Below, in pieces: positions 21,915-35,463 of a stretch of DNA of 64,000 nucleotides. The stretch's first letter is position 1. The number at the start of each line of letters is the position of its first letter. The notes under the pieces are model-generated. The model saw only the letters and a program-made list of their open reading frames with translations, ran no database searches and was not told the origin of the DNA. The translations under genes and the position numbers were made by a program. This DNA comes from Octopus vulgaris (lineage: Eukaryota), in the NCBI GenBank assembly GCA_951406725.2, contig OX597824.1, positions 21,390,001 through 21,454,000 on the forward strand. Direction: 5' to 3'.

Positions 21915-22087
21915 CTTAACTATTTAGCATTTAAACCAGTCATATCCGGCCAAAATATTCTACTTGTTTAGTGCTCGGGCTGGTCAGATCTAGTCTCTTA
22001 CACCTATCCTACAATGTCATACTAAAATTAAACAACCACATCATTGTAATCTCAAAGCTACAAAATAATGCATGATTAATTCAAAAC

Positions 22088-22118
<31 letters not shown>

Positions 22119-22527
22119 GTCGTTTAACGTCTGCTTTCCATGCTAGCATGGGTTGGACGATCTGATTGAGGACTGGTGAACCAGATGGCTGCACCAGGCT
22201 CCAATCTTGATTTAGCAGAGTTTCTACAGCTTGATGCCCTTCCTAATACCAACCACTCAGTGGTTGCTTTTATGTGCCACCAGCACGAAGGCCAGTCAGG
22301 CGGTACTGGCAATGGCCACGCTCAAATGGTGTTTTTTATGTGCCACTTGCACAGGAGCCAGTCCTGTGGCACTGGCAACAACCTTGCTCGAATGTTTCTT
22401 AATGTGCCACCAGCACAAGTGCCAGTAAGGTGACGCAGGTAACGATCATGCTCGAATGGTGCTTTTTACATGCCGCACATAAATAAACGTTACATTTGAC
22501 AGAATAATCTGAAAGCTAAGGGGTTAA
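21915..22527. mobile_element. piggyBac-like MITE interrupted by an RTE 3'-UTR fragment (22090-22476, -)
   Basis: ttaa-ctatttagcattt ... aaagctaagggg-ttaa. Confidence 0.55.
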
Positions 22528-22530
22528 AAG

Positions 22531-22831
22531 CAGGGTTGTGGAGTCAGAGTAACAACCATGGAGTTGGAATCAGAAACAATTAAGGAGTAGGAGTAGCTGG
22601 AGTCGGAGTCAGAGTCGGTAAAACTGTACTGACTCCAACTCCGACTCGCAATATCTTTATTCTTTGATATAAACCGGTTATAACATATAGGCCTACTCAA
22701 AGTACAAGTGTATGCTTTATGGGATATGTAGACCACAATCAATTACATATAGAGGAGTCAGAGTCGAAGGTGCCAATAGCAGAAGAGTCAGAATCGGAGT
22801 CAAATTTTTTTGTTTCCACTCCACAGCCCTG
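22531..22831. mobile_element. hAT-type MITE with GGAGTC subterminal repeats
   Basis: TIRs cagggttgtggagt / actccacagccctg; perfect 8-bp TSD gttaaaag. Confidence 0.85.
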
Positions 22832-22876
22832 GTTAAAAGGGTTAATTTTATACCATCTTTAATGTTCTCATGACAT

Positions 22877-23738
22877 TATTACCTGTTGCTCATATATTCT
22901 TCCTTTGATGTCACCTGTTGCTTATATATATTCTTCCTTTGATATTACCTGTTGCTTATATATATTCTTCCTTTGATATTACCTGTTGCTCATATTCTTT
23001 CTTCGATATTACCTGTTGCTTATATAGTCTTTTTTTGATGTCACCTGTTGCTTATATATTCTTCCTTTGATGTCACCTGTTGCTTATATAGTCTTTTTTT
23101 GATATTACCTGTTGCTCATATATTCATCCTTTGATATTACCTGTTGATTATATATTCTTCCTTTCATGTCACCTGTTGATTATATATTCTTCCTTTGATG
23201 TCACCTGTTGCTCATATATACTTCCTTTGATGTCACCTGTTGCTTATATAGTCTTTTATGTCACCTGTTGCTTATATAGTCTTTTTTTATGTCACCTGTT
23301 GTTCATATATTCTTCCTTTGATGTCACCTGTTGCTCATATATGTTTCTTTTGATGTCACCTGTTGCTCATATATTCTTCCTTTGATGTTACCTGTTGCTC
23401 ATATATGCTTCCTTTGATATCACCTGTTGCTCATATATTCTTCCTTTGATATTACCTGTTGCTCATATATCCTTCCTTTGATGTCACCTGTTGCTTATAT
23501 ATATTCTTCCTTTGATGTCACCTGTTGCTTATATATTCTTCCTTTGATGTCACCTGTTGCTTATATATTCTTCCTTTGATGTCACCTGTGTTTATATATT
23601 CTTCCTTTGATGTCACCTGTTGCTTATATAGTCTTTTTTTGATATTACCTGTTGCTCACTTATTCTTCCTTCGATATTACCTGTTGCTTGTATATTCTTC
23701 CTTTGATGTCACCTGTTGCTTATATATATTCTTCCTTT
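22877..23738. repeat. About 32-bp minisatellite (roughly 27 units) abutting the exon acceptor
   Basis: Unit cctgttgct(c/t)atatattcttcctttgat(g/a)t(c/t)a. Confidence 0.95.
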
Positions 23739-23747
23739 TACTTTCAG

Positions 23748-23833
23748 GTTGAAAGAGAAATTGCAATTATGAAGTTAATAGAACATCCTCATGTTTTGGG
23801 ATTGTATGATGTATATGAAAATAAGAAATATTT
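23748..23833 (+). CDS. BRSK2: BRSK/SAD-1 kinase exon (86 nt): [28 protein letters not shown](L)
   Basis: ttttactttcag acceptor and TT|gtaag donor; alphaC-helix glutamate; phase 0 join with the previous exon. Confidence 0.96.
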
Positions 23834-25683
23834 GTAAGTATAGAATGCAATTGTCTTTCAAACTAAACATTGAATAGAATATCTCGTCTCTTTTACTCCT
23901 TCGCTTCTTTCAGTCATTGGACTGTGGCCATGCTGGGGCACCTAGTTGGCACTTATTCTGTCAGTACCCCTTTTGTCAAACTGCTAAGTTATTGGTACAT
24001 AGACAATTGTTAATGGTTGTGTGGGGGGGATGCAGTGATGCACTCACGCACACGCAAACACACATATGCTTCATCTCGTGTATTTTCATATGTATATGTT
24101 TTATCCTTTTACTTGTTTCAGGTAATTGACTGTGGCCATGCTGGAGCACCACTTTGAAGGGTCTTAGTTGAACAAATCAACCCTCAGAACTTATTTTTTA
24201 AGCCTAGTACTTATTCTATCAGTCTTTGTTGCCGAATTGCTAAGTTACGGGAACAGAATTACACCAACACTGGTTGTCAAGAGGTGATGGGGACAAACTG
24301 ACACACACACATAGAATATACATACTCACATACACACACACATGTGTGTGTATGTGTGTGTATGTGTGTATGTTTGTGTGTGTGTGCATGCATTGGCTGT
24401 TAGCTGAGAAATGGATTGAAAAATAATTAAAGCAATCAGAGTGTGGAAAAGGATAATTGAGGCATTTAGTAACAGAGTGTTGTAAGTGCTACCTTGGCCA
24501 TTTTCAAGATTAGTATATAATTTTCTTTGTGTCAGTGTCTAGAATTCGAAAAAGTTGGGAGGAAGAACCAGTGAGGCTTGCAACAAGGTTGAAAATCCAG
24601 CTGAAAAGAATGGTACCTCGGTGCTGTTGACACAACACTTGCTCACCCAAACTTGGACCAGAGAACTTAGCAACATACCATCATAAGCACACACGTTCAA
24701 TCAATAACTTGGGTGTGGTCCCTGTATACTTTTCTAAGGTGTTATGGCTCATTTTCTAATATTCTTCGTTACCATCATAACAATAATGTGCTAATATCTT
24801 ACTACCTTGTCTTTCTTACCTCTTAAAGATACTTACCTTCATCATCATCATCATCATCATTTAATGTCTGTTTTCCATGCTAGCATGGGTTAGATGGTTC
24901 AACCGGGGTCTGGGAAGCCAGGAGGCTGCACCAGGCTCCAGTCTGATTTGGCAGTGTTTCTACAGCTGGATGCCCTTCCTAACGCCAACCACTCCGTGAG
25001 TGTAGTGGGTGCTTTTTACATGCCACCGGTACAGGTCCCAGAGGAGGCTGAAACACAAACAATACCTTTGGGAGGTCTCTGTATGATTTTTCTAGGTATT
25101 ATGGCTAGAATATGCAATGCGATACACCGTTTCATGGTACCGGTATATTCTACAAAATAAGAAAGACGCAGTCATTGTTTCATCGTTCAGAGCCATACAT
25201 AAATCAATAATTTTACATAGGCGGAATGATTAGTGGAAGCCTTCACAGTCATTCCTTGCCAAGATAACATATTCTGAAAGTCGCGTGACTTACGATGGTC
25301 TGTTACTAAACACCTCAATTAAGACGAGACTAGTTATAGACAAGTCAACAGTGATGGTTACCTGTATATATTTACTTGCAGTATCGCCTGGTGTTGCTCG
25401 GGTTTGTTTCGACCCTTTAGAATTGGAATTTTTGCAAAATAAAAATTTTGCATTATGTAGCTTTAAGTGAACATTTTTGGTGCACAAACTTTTTACTCAA
25501 CCTAATAAAACAAAGAATGGAAAATTTGGTATATTTTCAATTCTATGTCACACATGTTTCACTGCAGTATAAGATATACATTATGAATATAAATATTATT
25601 TTCATTATCATCGTTAATAACACTATGATTATAATAAATTCATAATTGTTATATACGTATAGAGGATTTCATAAACTGTGATT

Positions 25684-25900
25684 CTTTACTCTTTTACTTG
25701 TTTCAGTCATGTGCCTGTGGCCATGCTGGAGCACCGCTTTTAGTTGAGCAAATCGATACCAGGACTTATTCTTTGTAAGCCTAGTACTTATTCTATTGGT
25801 CTCTTTTGCCGAACCGCTAAGATACAGGGACGTAAACACACCAGCATCGGTTGTCAAGCGATGTTTGGGGGTGGATAAACACAGACACACAAACATATAC

Positions 25901-25963
<63 letters not shown>

Positions 25964-26132
25964 TATACGATGGGCTTCTTTCAGTTTCCGTCTACCAAAT
26001 CCACTCATAAGGCTTTGGTCGGCCTAAAGCTATTGTAGAAGACACTTGCCCAAGGTGTCACGCAGTGGAACTGAACCCAGAACCATGTGGTTCGTAAGCA
26101 AGCTACTTACAACACAACAACTCCTATGCCCA
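25684..26132 (-). mobile_element. SINE family B
   Basis: Full-length reverse copy with an expanded (TA)n. Confidence 0.8.
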
Positions 26133-26314
26133 TAGGGGAAAGATTCAAAAATAATACTCACTCTGCAAATATTATGATGCATCTGGACTTTCAACTATTT
26201 TGTGTGACTTCCTTATTTAAAATTAAACACCTACATACAAAGTTTAGATTGCTGGAATGTGCAGGTGTGCATTACAAGGACACAACTTGGATTATAACAT
26301 CTTCTATACACTAT

Positions 26315-26640
26315 AGAGGGTAAAGACCCCCTTTGGTCATGAACAACTATGGGATTCCCCCTAGAAAGTTCCCCTCTGAGGCACAAGTCTGGGCAAGGTT
26401 GTTTATGGAAGACCAGCAGTCTCCCATGCATAGCAGCCGCCCCTCTTCATGCCAAGGGAAAGGCAAAGGCTGATACAGCTTGGCACCAGTGATGTCACAG
26501 TTCATTTCTACAGCTGAGTGAACTGGAGCAACATGAAATAAAGTGTCTTGCTGAAGAACATAATACACAGCCTGGCCCAGGAATCGAACTCACTGCCTCA
26601 GGATTGTGAGCCTGATGCTATAACCACTGAGCCATGCACC
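26315..26640 (-). mobile_element. SINE family E; its 3' 162 bp are duplicated in inverted orientation at 26756-26916
   Basis: Direct sequence comparison of the two arms. Confidence 0.8.
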
Positions 26641-26651
26641 TTCTCTATACA

Positions 26652-26696
<45 letters not shown>

Positions 26697-27061
26697 CAAA
26701 ATATATATCAAACAAACAAGGAAAGATATATATATATATATATAAATAGTCAAAAGTATCAGCCTTTGCCTTTCCCTTGGCATGAAGAGGGGCGGCTGCT
26801 ATGCATGGGAGACTGCTGGTCTTCCATAAACAACCTTGCCCAGACTTGTGCCTCAGAGGGGAACTTTCTAGGGGGAATCCCATAGTTGTTCATGACCAAA
26901 GGGGTCTTTACCCTCTTTTTTGACTATTTATATTTTATGTATTGATTAGTCTTTCCTTGTTTGTTTTATAATAATATTTTATAATATTTTATATAAAATT
27001 GGATTTAATCCTAAATCTGATTTTTTTCCCTGTAATTTTGGATTTATTCCCTAATATTTAT

Positions 27062-27111
<50 letters not shown>

Positions 27112-28267
27112 CAACCGATCGTGGCCGTTGCCAGCCTTCCCTGGCACGTAAAATGCACCATCTGTACGTGGCCGATGCCAGCACCGCCTTGACTGGCTTC
27201 TGTGCTGGTGGCATGTAAAAAGCACCAATCAATCGTGGCACCCACTACACTCTTAGAGAGGTTGGCGTTTGGAAGGGCATCCAGCCGTAGAAACACTGCC
27301 AGATCAGACTGGAGCCTGGTGCAGCCTCCTGGCTTCCCAGACCCCGGTTGAACCGTCCAACCCATGCTAGCATGGAAAACGGACGTTAAACGATGATGAT
27401 GATGATATATATATATATATATATCATCATCAAAAAATATCCACTTTCCATGCTGGCATGGGTGAGATGGTTTGACAGGAGCCGCTCAAGCAGAAGCCTG
27501 CATAGACTTCTGTGATTGTTTTGGTAGGATTTTTACTGCTGGATGCCCTTCAGCAGAGTACATGTCACAAGCACAGGTGTGGTCAGTTATGGCAAGGTTT
27601 TTACAGCTGGATGCCCTTCCAAATGACAACCACTTTACAAGGTGGACTGGACCTGGACGCTTTGTGTGTGTATATTTGCATCTCCTTGTCTTGACATCAC
27701 ATGATAATTGTGAATGAGCGTCACTGCCCTACGAGAAATGTCATTCATTGCTAATATTCTACAAGAACATGTCTAGCTATGGCAAAATATTACCTTGCTT
27801 GGAAGCAAGTGATTGTTAGCAACAGGACGAGCATCTAGTCATTGAGAAAGCTGCCTCGGTAAACTTCATCTGACCCATGCAAGCATCGAAAAGTGGACAT
27901 CAAAATTAAGCTGTTTCTAATAGTCTTTCGAGACAGATTGTTAGGAAGTGGCTTAATTTGGTTGATATAATTGCAGTTGTTTACTTAATGATAATCTGCC
28001 GCCAATAACAGCCACACCGCAACAACGAAGATTAGGGTTTGCTGGTCACGGTTGGAGAAGCAAGCATCAGTTTGCTATCAGTTGTTGCTATGGAGGCCTC
28101 TGCATAGCAAAAACATGAGGGGAAGATCCAACTTTATATACATTGACCATCTGGTACAAGACTCTGGGATAAAGTTTGGAAATGCTGCTATGAATGACCA
28201 TGCTTACTGGTAGTTACTCAGGAATATATGTGTTCATTTGTTGACACCATTCTGAATATTTTTCGTG

Positions 28268-28550
28268 TGGTGGCACATGGCCTAGTGGTTAGAGAAGCGG
28301 ACTCGCGGTTGAGGGATTGCGGGTTCAAATCTTAGACCAGGCGGTGTGTGTGTTTATGAGCGAAACATCTAAGCTCCATGCGGCTCCAGCAAAAGGTAAT
28401 GGCGAACTTCTGCTGACTCTTTCGCCACAACTTTCTCTCACTCTTCCCTCCTGCATCTTGCAACTCACCTGTGATGGACCGGCATCCCGTCCAGGTGGGG
28501 AACCTATATGCCAAGAAACTGGGAAACCGGCCCTATGGCTCGAGAAGGAA
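28268..28550 (+). mobile_element. tRNA-derived SINE family D
   Basis: tggcctagtggttag..gcggactcgcgg..ggttcaaatc head; related copies at 13752 and 36505. Confidence 0.7.
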
Positions 28551-28914
28551 CAAACAAAAAAAAAAATTTTTTTTTGTGTATTCTAACAATAAACAATGTT
28601 AGAATTTTCAACTTCTGCAACTAAAAATTTTGTAGAACTTTTGGCATTCCATACATAAATTACACGAACTGTTTGTGAGTTTTAGTTCTTCTATTAAAAG
28701 CCTAACAATTTGTTCTTTGTTGTCACGATAGAATCTTCGTTCAGCTTCCTTTAGTCACCACCCCGTTATCTAAATGATTAATTAGTCACCGGGTTCCTTT
28801 CCTGTTTTACTATTACATTAGTAGTGTTTAGTATGCGGTCATACTTAAGAGTCTCAACAGGACTGCCTTCCTCTTTTGAGATATTTGATTTCTGCTTGGT
28901 GTGGGTTTTCCTAT

Positions 28915-29320
28915 ACTCTTTTACTCTTTTCCTTGTTTCAGTCATTTGACTGCGGCCATGCTGGAGCACCGCCTTTAGTCGAGCAAATCGACCCCAGGAC
29001 TTATTCTTTGTAAGCCCAGTACTTATTCTATTGGTCGCTTTTGCCGAACCGCTAAGTAACGGGGATATAAACACACCAGCATTGGTTGTCAAGCAATGCT
29101 AGGGGGACAAACACAGACACACAAACATACACACACACATATATATACATATATATGACAGGCTTCTTTCAGTTTCCGTCTACCAAATCCACTCACAAGG
29201 CATTGGTCGGCCCGAGGCTGTAGCAGAAGACACTTGCCCAAGATGCTACACAGTGGGACTGAACCCGGAACCATGTGGTTGGTTAGCAAGCTACTTACCA
29301 TACAGCCACTCCTGCGCCTG
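28915..29320 (-). mobile_element. SINE family B
   Basis: Full-length reverse copy. Confidence 0.8.
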
Positions 29321-29337
29321 TGCATTTTATCCTTTAA

Positions 29338-29728
29338 CTAGCAGTATCGTCCGTGTTGCTCGGGCTTGTTTCGACCCTTTAGAATTGGAATTTTTGAAAA
29401 GTAAAAATTTTGCTTTCTGTAGCTTGTTATTCTCTTTAAGTGAATATTTTTCTGGTTGAAATACACTGAAAAATGGCAACACAGCAGTCAAAAAATCGTA
29501 AAAAATAGGGATTTTCAGAGAAAAAAAGCACCTTTTTGATGTGAATAATTTTTGATGTTAACATGGTCCAATTTGAATTTTTTCTTCTACGGAAGGAAGA
29601 GCAAGCCTTCTTCTGTCATATTCTCAATTTTGGTCAACTTGCGCCGTAGGGTCTCAGAGGAGACAGTGTTAGTTGAAGGCTACCAAACTTGCCACACACA
29701 GACAACTTCAGCTTTATATATAGAGAGA
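29338..29728 (-). mobile_element. Helitron-like element H1
   Basis: TC..CTAG on the - strand; same sequence as 1740-2131. Confidence 0.75.
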
Positions 29729-30162
29729 TTAAGATGTTGGCATTAGAAAGAAAATCCGACTGCAAAACATACTTCCCTAGAGCTCCATATGAATATTTCC
29801 ATTTAAAAAAATTAGCCATTTGCATACACAAACAAACTGGATACAGGGAAAAAATGGTATTATATCACAAACTATAAACAGAACGCTTGCCTAATCGAGA
29901 CAGAATACATATTCTGTTTTTATTATTTTAATTTACTTTTTCATCCTTTTTAATGAAACAATTTATGGAGAAAGAATATAATTACATCCACAAGATTTAT
30001 TTTTAAAACAAAAATATTAGAAATTTGTCTGCTCCTTTAGTTTTTTTCTTTTTTTTTCATTTCGTAAACATTTTAATATTCTTGCATTAGTTTGAATAAG
30101 TTCTTAAATTAGTGTCTGTGTTTTTGGTAAATTTTATATATTTTTTTTTTTACTATCTGTAG

Positions 30163-30189
30163 TGGATTGCTATCTGTCTCCTAATTCAC
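30163..30189 (+). other. Candidate 27-nt cassette microexon (introduces a stop codon in the BRSK frame)
   Basis: poly-T-actatctgtag | TGGATTGCTATCTGTCTCCTAATTCAC | gtaagt in non-repetitive sequence. Confidence 0.4.
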
Positions 30190-30371
30190 GTAAGTGGTGG
30201 ACAAGATGTGCTTTGCCTTGGGCTGTTTGGGCAGCGGCTGTGTCAAGGTTTAAACTCACAAGTAGCTGAAACAAAAAAAATAATAAATAAAGCATCTTGA
30301 TGTCCACTTCAAACTACATATGGAAGTAAAGCAAATGACTTATTTAGTTTGAATATGATTAATACCTTTGA

Positions 30372-30373
<2 letters not shown>

Positions 30374-30418
<45 letters not shown>

Positions 30419-30801
30419 TGTCGTCACCACCACCATCATCATCATCATCATCACCACCACCATCATCATCACCATCACCATTATCATCACCACCATCATC
30501 ATCATCATCACCACCACCACCATCATCATTATCATCACCATCATCATCACCATCACCACAATCATCTTCATCATCATCACCATCATCATCACCATCACCA
30601 TCACCATTACCATCATCACCATCACCACCACCACCATCATCATCATCAGCGCCATCATCATCACCATCATCATCATCATCATCACCATCACCACAATCAT
30701 CATCATCATCATCTTCATCATCATCACCATCACCATCACCACCACCACCACCACCATCATCATCATCAGCGCCATCATCATCATCATCATCATCATCTTG
30801 C

Positions 30802-30833
<32 letters not shown>

Positions 30834-30955
30834 TTCGCTGTCGTCGTTGTCTTTGTTGCTATTGTCATCATTATTGTTGTTGTTGTCTTCACCATCATCA
30901 TTATCATCACCGTCCCCACAGCAGTTGCCACCATTGCTCCATCCCCACCATCATC
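30374..30955. repeat. (CAT/CAC)n trinucleotide microsatellite
   Basis: Directly visible; source of the poly-His, poly-Ser and poly-Met ORFs. Confidence 0.97.
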
Positions 30956-31554
30956 GTTTTACACCTGCCTTCTATACTGTCATCTATACTGTTTAAGTCA
31001 CCATTATCAGAGTCAGCTTGTATTTGGGGACACTGCTCTCATACATGGGTCAGGGTCCTTATCTTGTCCAGGTTTCACTTTTGACTTCAGTTCTACAGCT
31101 GGATGCCCTTCTTAACACAAACTACTTGATGTCATAAACTAGAAGCTTTTCCCCCTTTTTTTATTTTCATGGCACCAGCCATGAAAATTTGGTTGGTGAA
31201 AACTGAAAGAAACCATAATATGTTGCATATATATATATATATATGTGTGTATGTGTACACAGGTGTTTGTATCTCATTCTCTGTAGATTGGGCATTAGTT
31301 ACAAACAAATACAACCTTCCACAAAAACATGCCAGGCCATTGTGCTGTTCATGTTTGAAGGACAAGAGGAAATATTACCTTGATTAGAAAACAGGTAAGG
31401 CTTAGTGACAAGAATAGTTTCTAGCTGTAGAAAATCTGCCTCAGCAAATTTTGTCCGATCAATACAAACATGGAGAAGGGAACATTAAAATGATGACAAT
31501 GATGATGATGAAGATGAAATTTTTTTCGAAAGCTGTTAATATAATAATTTATAT

Positions 31555-32197
31555 CTCCAGTGCCGCCTGACTGGTGTCCGTTTCGGTGACACGTATAAAC
31601 ACCAACCAATTGTGGCCATTTGCCAGCCTGCTCTGGCCCCTGTGCCGGTGGCACGTAAAAAACACCCAGTACACTCACGGACACACACACACCCAGTACA
31701 CTCACGGACACACACACACACTGTGACTGTGAAGACCTGGCAAATAAAGTGAGTTCACAGCCGTAACCTACACCAGTGTTCTTAACCAGCCCTGGCCCAC
31801 TCAAAAGTATCTTGGATTGTAGGGCGACATGCTGTACTTGAGGAGACTATTGAGTCAAGTACATCAAAATCAAATGGAAATTGTAGTTATTATCCCTGTG
31901 CTGGTGGCATGTAAAAAGCACCATCCAAATGTGGCTAATGCCAGCACCACCATGACTGGTTTCTGTGCCGGTGGCACGTAAAAACACCAACCAATCCTGG
32001 TTGTTTCCAGCCTCCTCTGGCACCTGTGCAGGTGGCACGTAAAGAGCATCCACTATACTCTCAGAGTGGCTGGTGTTAGGAAGGGCATCAAGCTGTAGAA
32101 ACACTGCCAGATCAGACTGGAGCCTGGTGCAGCCTCCTGGCTTCCCAGACCCTGGTTGAACCGTCCAACCCATGCTAGCATGGAAAACGGACGTTAA

Positions 32198-32235
<38 letters not shown>
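31555..32235 (+). mobile_element. RTE 3'-UTR (family C), long modular copy
   Basis: Repeated gtgccggtggcacgtaaaa modules; (TGA)n tail; reverse copy at 58484-58880. Confidence 0.7.
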
Positions 32236-32357
32236 CTTCAGCTAAAATATATTGCAATATTAACTCATAACATTAATTATACCCACCTTGAAATACGTTT
32301 GCGACTGGAATTGCGTATTCTGTTTGATATTTCAATAGAACCTTAAAAACCCTTTAA

Positions 32358-32555
<198 letters not shown>

Positions 32556-32763
32556 TAAGTTCTAGTTTTTGGTTTATTCTTTCATTCTTTTCAGTCATTG
32601 GACTGTGGTCATACTGGAGCACCAACTTAAAGGATTTTTGTTCACTCCTATTGGCTACAGTACATATTGTTTTTCATCTGATATCAAATTTCTATTCACT
32701 GGCTAAATTATTGATTCGACAAAGAAATGTAGCATAAACAGTATAAATAGGTATGAATGGACG

Positions 32764-32765
<2 letters not shown>

Positions 32766-32850
<85 letters not shown>
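32766..32850. repeat. (CA)n microsatellite
   Basis: Directly visible. Confidence 0.97.
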
Positions 32851-32851
<1 letters not shown>

Positions 32852-33814
32852 TACATTGTTGTATCGTGGGAGGGTCATTATGCCAATAGTAATAACACCC
32901 ACACAGGTTCAATACCACTTCTTGATTAAATTTCTAACCAACTAGTCGATCATTTATTTAATGAGCTGGTTAAATAATCAGTTGGTTTGTTTGTCCATCA
33001 AAGTTCCTTCATTGCTGTTCACAACCTTTTTAGTGCTCCCAACTTGCTCCAAGATCTCCCAAGTTGACCCAGGATTTGCCTTTCCCAAGACACATCAAAA
33101 TTTCCTTCAACACATGATTTTCAAATCAAGAATATTGTAAACCAAATATATCCTCATCATTTAATGTCTGTGTTCCATGCTAGCATGGGTGGAACATATA
33201 TAAATGCCACAGGACCGCCTAAAAAACTAAAAATCATTAATTATCATCTTAGCCTGATAAGTCAATCAAACAATATGAATATATGTAATCACTACAAACC
33301 ATGAACCCCCAAATCATGTTCAACTTTATGAAAATCAAGGGAAACCCAGAATAACAAAACTCAAAAACATAAAAGATTCACAAACAAGCATATCAAATAT
33401 ACATTCTCTTCATCAGCTGCCTAGTGGATATCACTATTGTTTTGAAACCTGGACAGTACCATTCAGTCTTGCAGGTGTCAACAGTGTTAAAAAATATAAA
33501 TGCTGGTTGGGAAACATCAGACGAGTTACAAGAGTGAAATATTAGCATAATATGACCATTATGTCAAAACCTACTTATTATTATAAATAACATTATCAAA
33601 TATAAACAAAATAGTATTAACTCATAGCTACAAAGTTAGAAATAAAAAAAAAAACTATGTATGAAACAAAGAAATTCTTCCCAGAAAGGTCATTGTGATC
33701 CCAAAAACTATAGTACAAAATAGAACAAAATATATTGAACCAGTAGTACTTAACATGATAACAACACAAGGAACAACACTCCTACAATATGTGTGTGTGT
33801 GTGTTTGTTTGTTA

Positions 33815-34210
33815 GGCAGCGAGCTGGCAGAAACGTTAGCACACCGGGCAAAATGCGTAGCCGTATTTTGTCTGCCGTTACATTCTGAGTTCAAATTCTG
33901 CCGAGGTCGATTTCCCTTTCATCCTTTCGGGGTCAATTAAATAAGTACCAGTTACGCACTGGGGTCGATATAATTGACTTAATCCGTTTATCTGTCCTTG
34001 TTTGTCCTCTCTGTGTTTAGCCCCCCTTGTGGGTAGTAAAGAAATAGGTATTTCGTCTGTCTTTACATTCTGAGTCCAAATTCTGCTGAGGTCGGCTTTG
34101 CCTGTCATCCTTTTGAAGTTGATACATTAAGTACCAGTTGCATACTGGGGTTGATCTAATCGACTGGCTCCCTACCCAAAAATTTTGGGCCTTGTGTTTA
34201 GAGTAGAAAA
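33815..34210 (+). mobile_element. SINE family A dimer
   Basis: Junction aaagaaataggtatttcgtctg, as at about 7150. Confidence 0.75.
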
Positions 34211-35463
34211 GTATATACATTTGTGCATGTGTGTGAAGGTGCATGGCCCAGTGGTTACAGTTGTGAGGTTGTGAGTTCGATTCCCAGACCAGGTTGTGTG
34301 TTGTGTTCTTGAGCAAGACACTTTATTTCATGTTGCTCCAGGTCACTCAGCAGTAGAAATGAGTTGCAGAATGGTTGGTGGTGAGGAAGGCAAAAGCTGA
34401 AATGAAGTGTTTTACTTAAGAAAACAACACATTGCCAGGTTAAAATATTAACCTAAAGTTAGCCCCCTACACACACACACATACATACACTATGGGTTTC
34501 CATATAGTTTCTCTCTACCAAATTTATTCACAAGGCATTGATCGGTCTAGGGGCTAAAGTAGAAAACACTTGTCCAAGCTGCTGCATAGTGGGACTGAAC
34601 CTGAAACCGCATGGTTGCAAAGCAAGCTTCTTAACCACACAGCCATGTCTGTGCCTGGGTCTGTTTATAATGAATATATAAAAGGATGCAAAGTAGTGTC
34701 TCTGCCTTGAAGCCAGGCTATATCTTCCAGTGCATACAGCAATTTATTTAAACAACAATCCAATAATTTTAAAATATTTCTTTTTCTGTTCAATATTATT
34801 TCATCAATTCCTGCCAGCATTCTTTATTTTATTTTATTTTATTTTATTTTATTTTATTTTATTTTATTTAAAAAAAAATTTTTTTTTTACAATTCCAATT
34901 TCCTTTAGGTTAAAATATTCAAATTACACATTGCTAAATTCTTTGGTGCACTTAATTTTAAAGTTAGTTAGTTTGTGCTTAATAAATCATTTAATTACTT
35001 CTGTATCCAAGAAGACTTAAATGAAACCAAAATAATTCCACTGTTTTAAATATATTTTACTCGCTTTTTCCACCAGATATATTTTCTTTAAAAATAAAAA
35101 TAAAATAGATCTTTTATTATTGGCATAATCTGTAGATTAGCAAACAAAATATCTATCGGCATTTATTTATGTCTTTTATGCTTTGGATCCAAAATCTTAT
35201 CTGGTTTGACTTAGGCTTTCATCCACCTACATTTGGTAAAATATGTACTGCTCATATATTGGGGTTTCATTTAACTGATTGTACTTAATCCTTCGGTCAG
35301 ATATGCTTTGTGTGTATGGCAGAACCAATATTATTTTTAAGAATTGGAAAGAATAATTCAGCATTTTAATAACTGTCTCTGAATAAGGTGGCGAGGTGGT
35401 AGAATCGTTACCAGCATGGTAATGATTATTCTTTCCAATTCTTAAAAATAATAAAGGCAGCAA

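Noticed and set aside
22877-23738. Regular 32-bp repeats as a CRISPR array
   Set aside because: The units are contiguous with no unique spacers, there are no cas genes, and the context is a eukaryotic intron.
23652-23747. N-terminal extension of the ORF 23652-23837
   Set aside because: The upstream part is minisatellite and intron; kinase homology starts at the AG acceptor (23748).
30349-31115. Long poly-His, poly-Ser and poly-Met ORFs
   Set aside because: They are translations of a (CAT/CAC)n microsatellite open in several frames, with no splice or domain evidence.
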